A DNA stretch of 6,665 nt. Origin: a virus. Its lineage: Duplodnaviria; Heunggongvirae; Uroviricota; Caudoviricetes. Positions 5,788 to 6,665 of this stretch are shown here, in pieces. The notes under the pieces are model-generated. The model did not search any database. It was not told where the DNA came from and saw only the letters and a program-made list of their open reading frames with translations. The DNA lies in the IMG/VR virus record IMGVR_UViG_2737471869_000001, positions 1-6,665 of that record; one strand, 5' to 3'. The first letter of the stretch is position 1, and each line of letters starts with the position of its first letter. The position numbers and the translations under genes were made by a program.

Positions 5788-6060
5788 ATGACAGTAGTCA
5801 TTACATATCTGGCTGACGATAACACCAGAAATCGCCGCAGAGCACGCAGACAGGCTCAACGTGAACAGGCAATGCAAGAGCAGCGACTGGCACGAAAAAT
5901 TGCGCTAAAGCTCTCTGGTTGCGTCAGAGCAGATAAAGCAGCATCACTCGGAAGCCTTTGCTGCAAGGAAGAAGATGAACGCAGTGGAAGTATTTGCCTG
6001 CCAAACGTAGCCATTTACGCGGCAGGATACCGGAAATCAAAACAACTGACAGCGAGGTAA
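5788..6060 (+). CDS. N: N-like transcription antiterminator with arginine-rich motif, 90 aa
   Basis: GGAGG 5 nt upstream of ATG 5788. Arginine-rich motif NTRNRRRARRQAQREQ near the N-terminus. First gene after PL/nutL. The C-terminus AIYAAGYRKSKQLTAR resembles the P22 gene 24 product as I remember it. Confidence 0.85.
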   Translation: MTVVITYLADDNTRNRRRARRQAQREQAMQEQRLARKIALKLSGCVRADKAASLGSLCCKEEDERSGSICLPNVAIYAAGYRKSKQLTAR

Positions 6061-6063
6061 GTG

Positions 6064-6288
6064 ATGAATCAGACATACATTCCATCATGCTTGAGAAATC
6101 TGCCAAAGCAGAAAGCAAAGCCCCGCAAGCAAGCCATAAAGGACGCTAAGGCAGAGGTTATTGATCAAGCAATACAATTGCTCAGGGAGGAGTTAAGAAG
6201 TGGCAAGCTCGAAGGAATGATGATGCCCTATCAGCGCGGATATCTATCGGCGATTAGTAAGCTGGAAGTATTGAAGAGTGAATTATGA
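6064..6288 (+). CDS. Hypothetical small basic protein, 74 aa, first gene after N
   Basis: ATG 6064 three nt after the N stop, GAGG 6 nt upstream. Lys/Arg-rich N-terminus and a predicted helical remainder. No family recognised. Confidence 0.6.
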   Translation: MNQTYIPSCLRNLPKQKAKPRKQAIKDAKAEVIDQAIQLLREELRSGKLEGMMMPYQRGYLSAISKLEVLKSEL

Positions 6289-6349
6289 ACTATCTGGAAT
6301 TTCCGGATGGTTCATTGTTTTGGCAGCAAACCACTTATTCTAGGTGATA

Positions 6350-6436
6350 TATGGGAGAAGAATTTGAAGAGTTCGAAGAGCATCCGCAGGATGTGATGGA
6401 ACAATACCATGACTATCCGTATGACTGCGACTATTG
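6350..6436 (+). CDS. Possible 28-aa highly acidic peptide (MGEEFEEFEEHPQDVMEQYHDYPYDCDY)
   Basis: ATG 6350 with AGGTGA 3-4 nt upstream. Below the ORF-track cutoff. Unusual acidic/aromatic composition. Could be chance. Confidence 0.2.
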
Positions 6437-6518
6437 ATAAGAATCAATGGTGTGGGCAATACGAGCGGCGGCAATGATTGCCAGAGAACTTGGTAAACAG
6501 AACAACAAAGCTGCCTGA
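6420..6518 (+). pseudogene. ral: ral (restriction alleviation) remnant disrupted by an internal deletion and a 1-nt frameshift
   Basis: Three frames carry pieces that match lambda Ral as remembered. Frame from ATG 6420: MTATIDKNQWCGQ. Second frame: WAIRAAAMIA. Third frame ending at stop 6516-6518: RELGKQNNKAA. An extra C in the GCCC run at 6479-6482 separates the last two. No single frame encodes the whole protein. Confidence 0.5.
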
Positions 6519-6597
6519 TAGTGGCCTTTATCTTTGGCATAAACAACAGAATAAACACTCACTGTGTATTCATTCCAACGAGTGAATACACGGAGCA

Positions 6598-6665
6598 ATG
6601 TCGCTCGTAACTAAACAGGAGCCGACTTGTTCTGATTATTGGAAATCTGGATTTGCCCCTATATT
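6598..6665 (+). CDS. Possible 5' end of a gene running off the window (MSLVTKQEPTCSDYWKSGFAPI...)
   Basis: ATG 6598 with GGAG only 2 nt upstream (suboptimal spacing). Open to the window end. A 9-bp inverted repeat lies just upstream. Confidence 0.2.
   Translation, partial: MSLVTKQEPTCSDYWKSGFAPI

Noticed and set aside
5924-6118. 64-aa minus-strand ORF
   Set aside because: Antisense to N and the following ORF; no promoter or Shine-Dalgarno context.
6340-6558. 72-aa minus-strand ORF
   Set aside because: Antisense to the ral-like remnant, begins with a non-ATG codon, and the first internal ATG has no Shine-Dalgarno.
1-6665. CRISPR array, tRNA/rRNA genes, insertion sequence or integron features
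   Set aside because: No regularly spaced direct repeats with unique spacers, no cloverleaf-compatible segments noticed, no transposase-like ORF or terminal inverted repeats. The only repeat arrays are the ori iterons and the operators, which are explained.

Overview
This window reads as the immunity/early-regulation and replication core of a lambdoid (enterobacterial, lambda/P22-like mosaic) prophage. Calls rest on reading the sequence and on remembered family features; no searches were run. Minus strand (PR operon, high to low coordinates): PR/OR, cro-like gene, nutR, cII homologue, an uncharacterised 134-aa gene with a coupled 48-aa ORF, lambda-O-like initiator containing the origin iterons, a Toprim primase / SF4 helicase fusion gene in place of lambda P, a tR2-like terminator, and the start of ninB. 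Plus strand: PRM, a leaderless cI-like repressor gene, an AT-rich single-transmembrane gene in the slot lambda uses for rexAB, a tIMM-like terminator, OL/PL, nutL, an N-like antiterminator gene, a 75-aa ORF, tiny ORFs and an apparent ral remnant. The best candidates for an undescribed accessory or defence function are the repressor-linked membrane protein gene (5058..5354) and the two-gene insertion between cII and O (3001..3551). No tRNA, rRNA, CRISPR array or IS element was seen.
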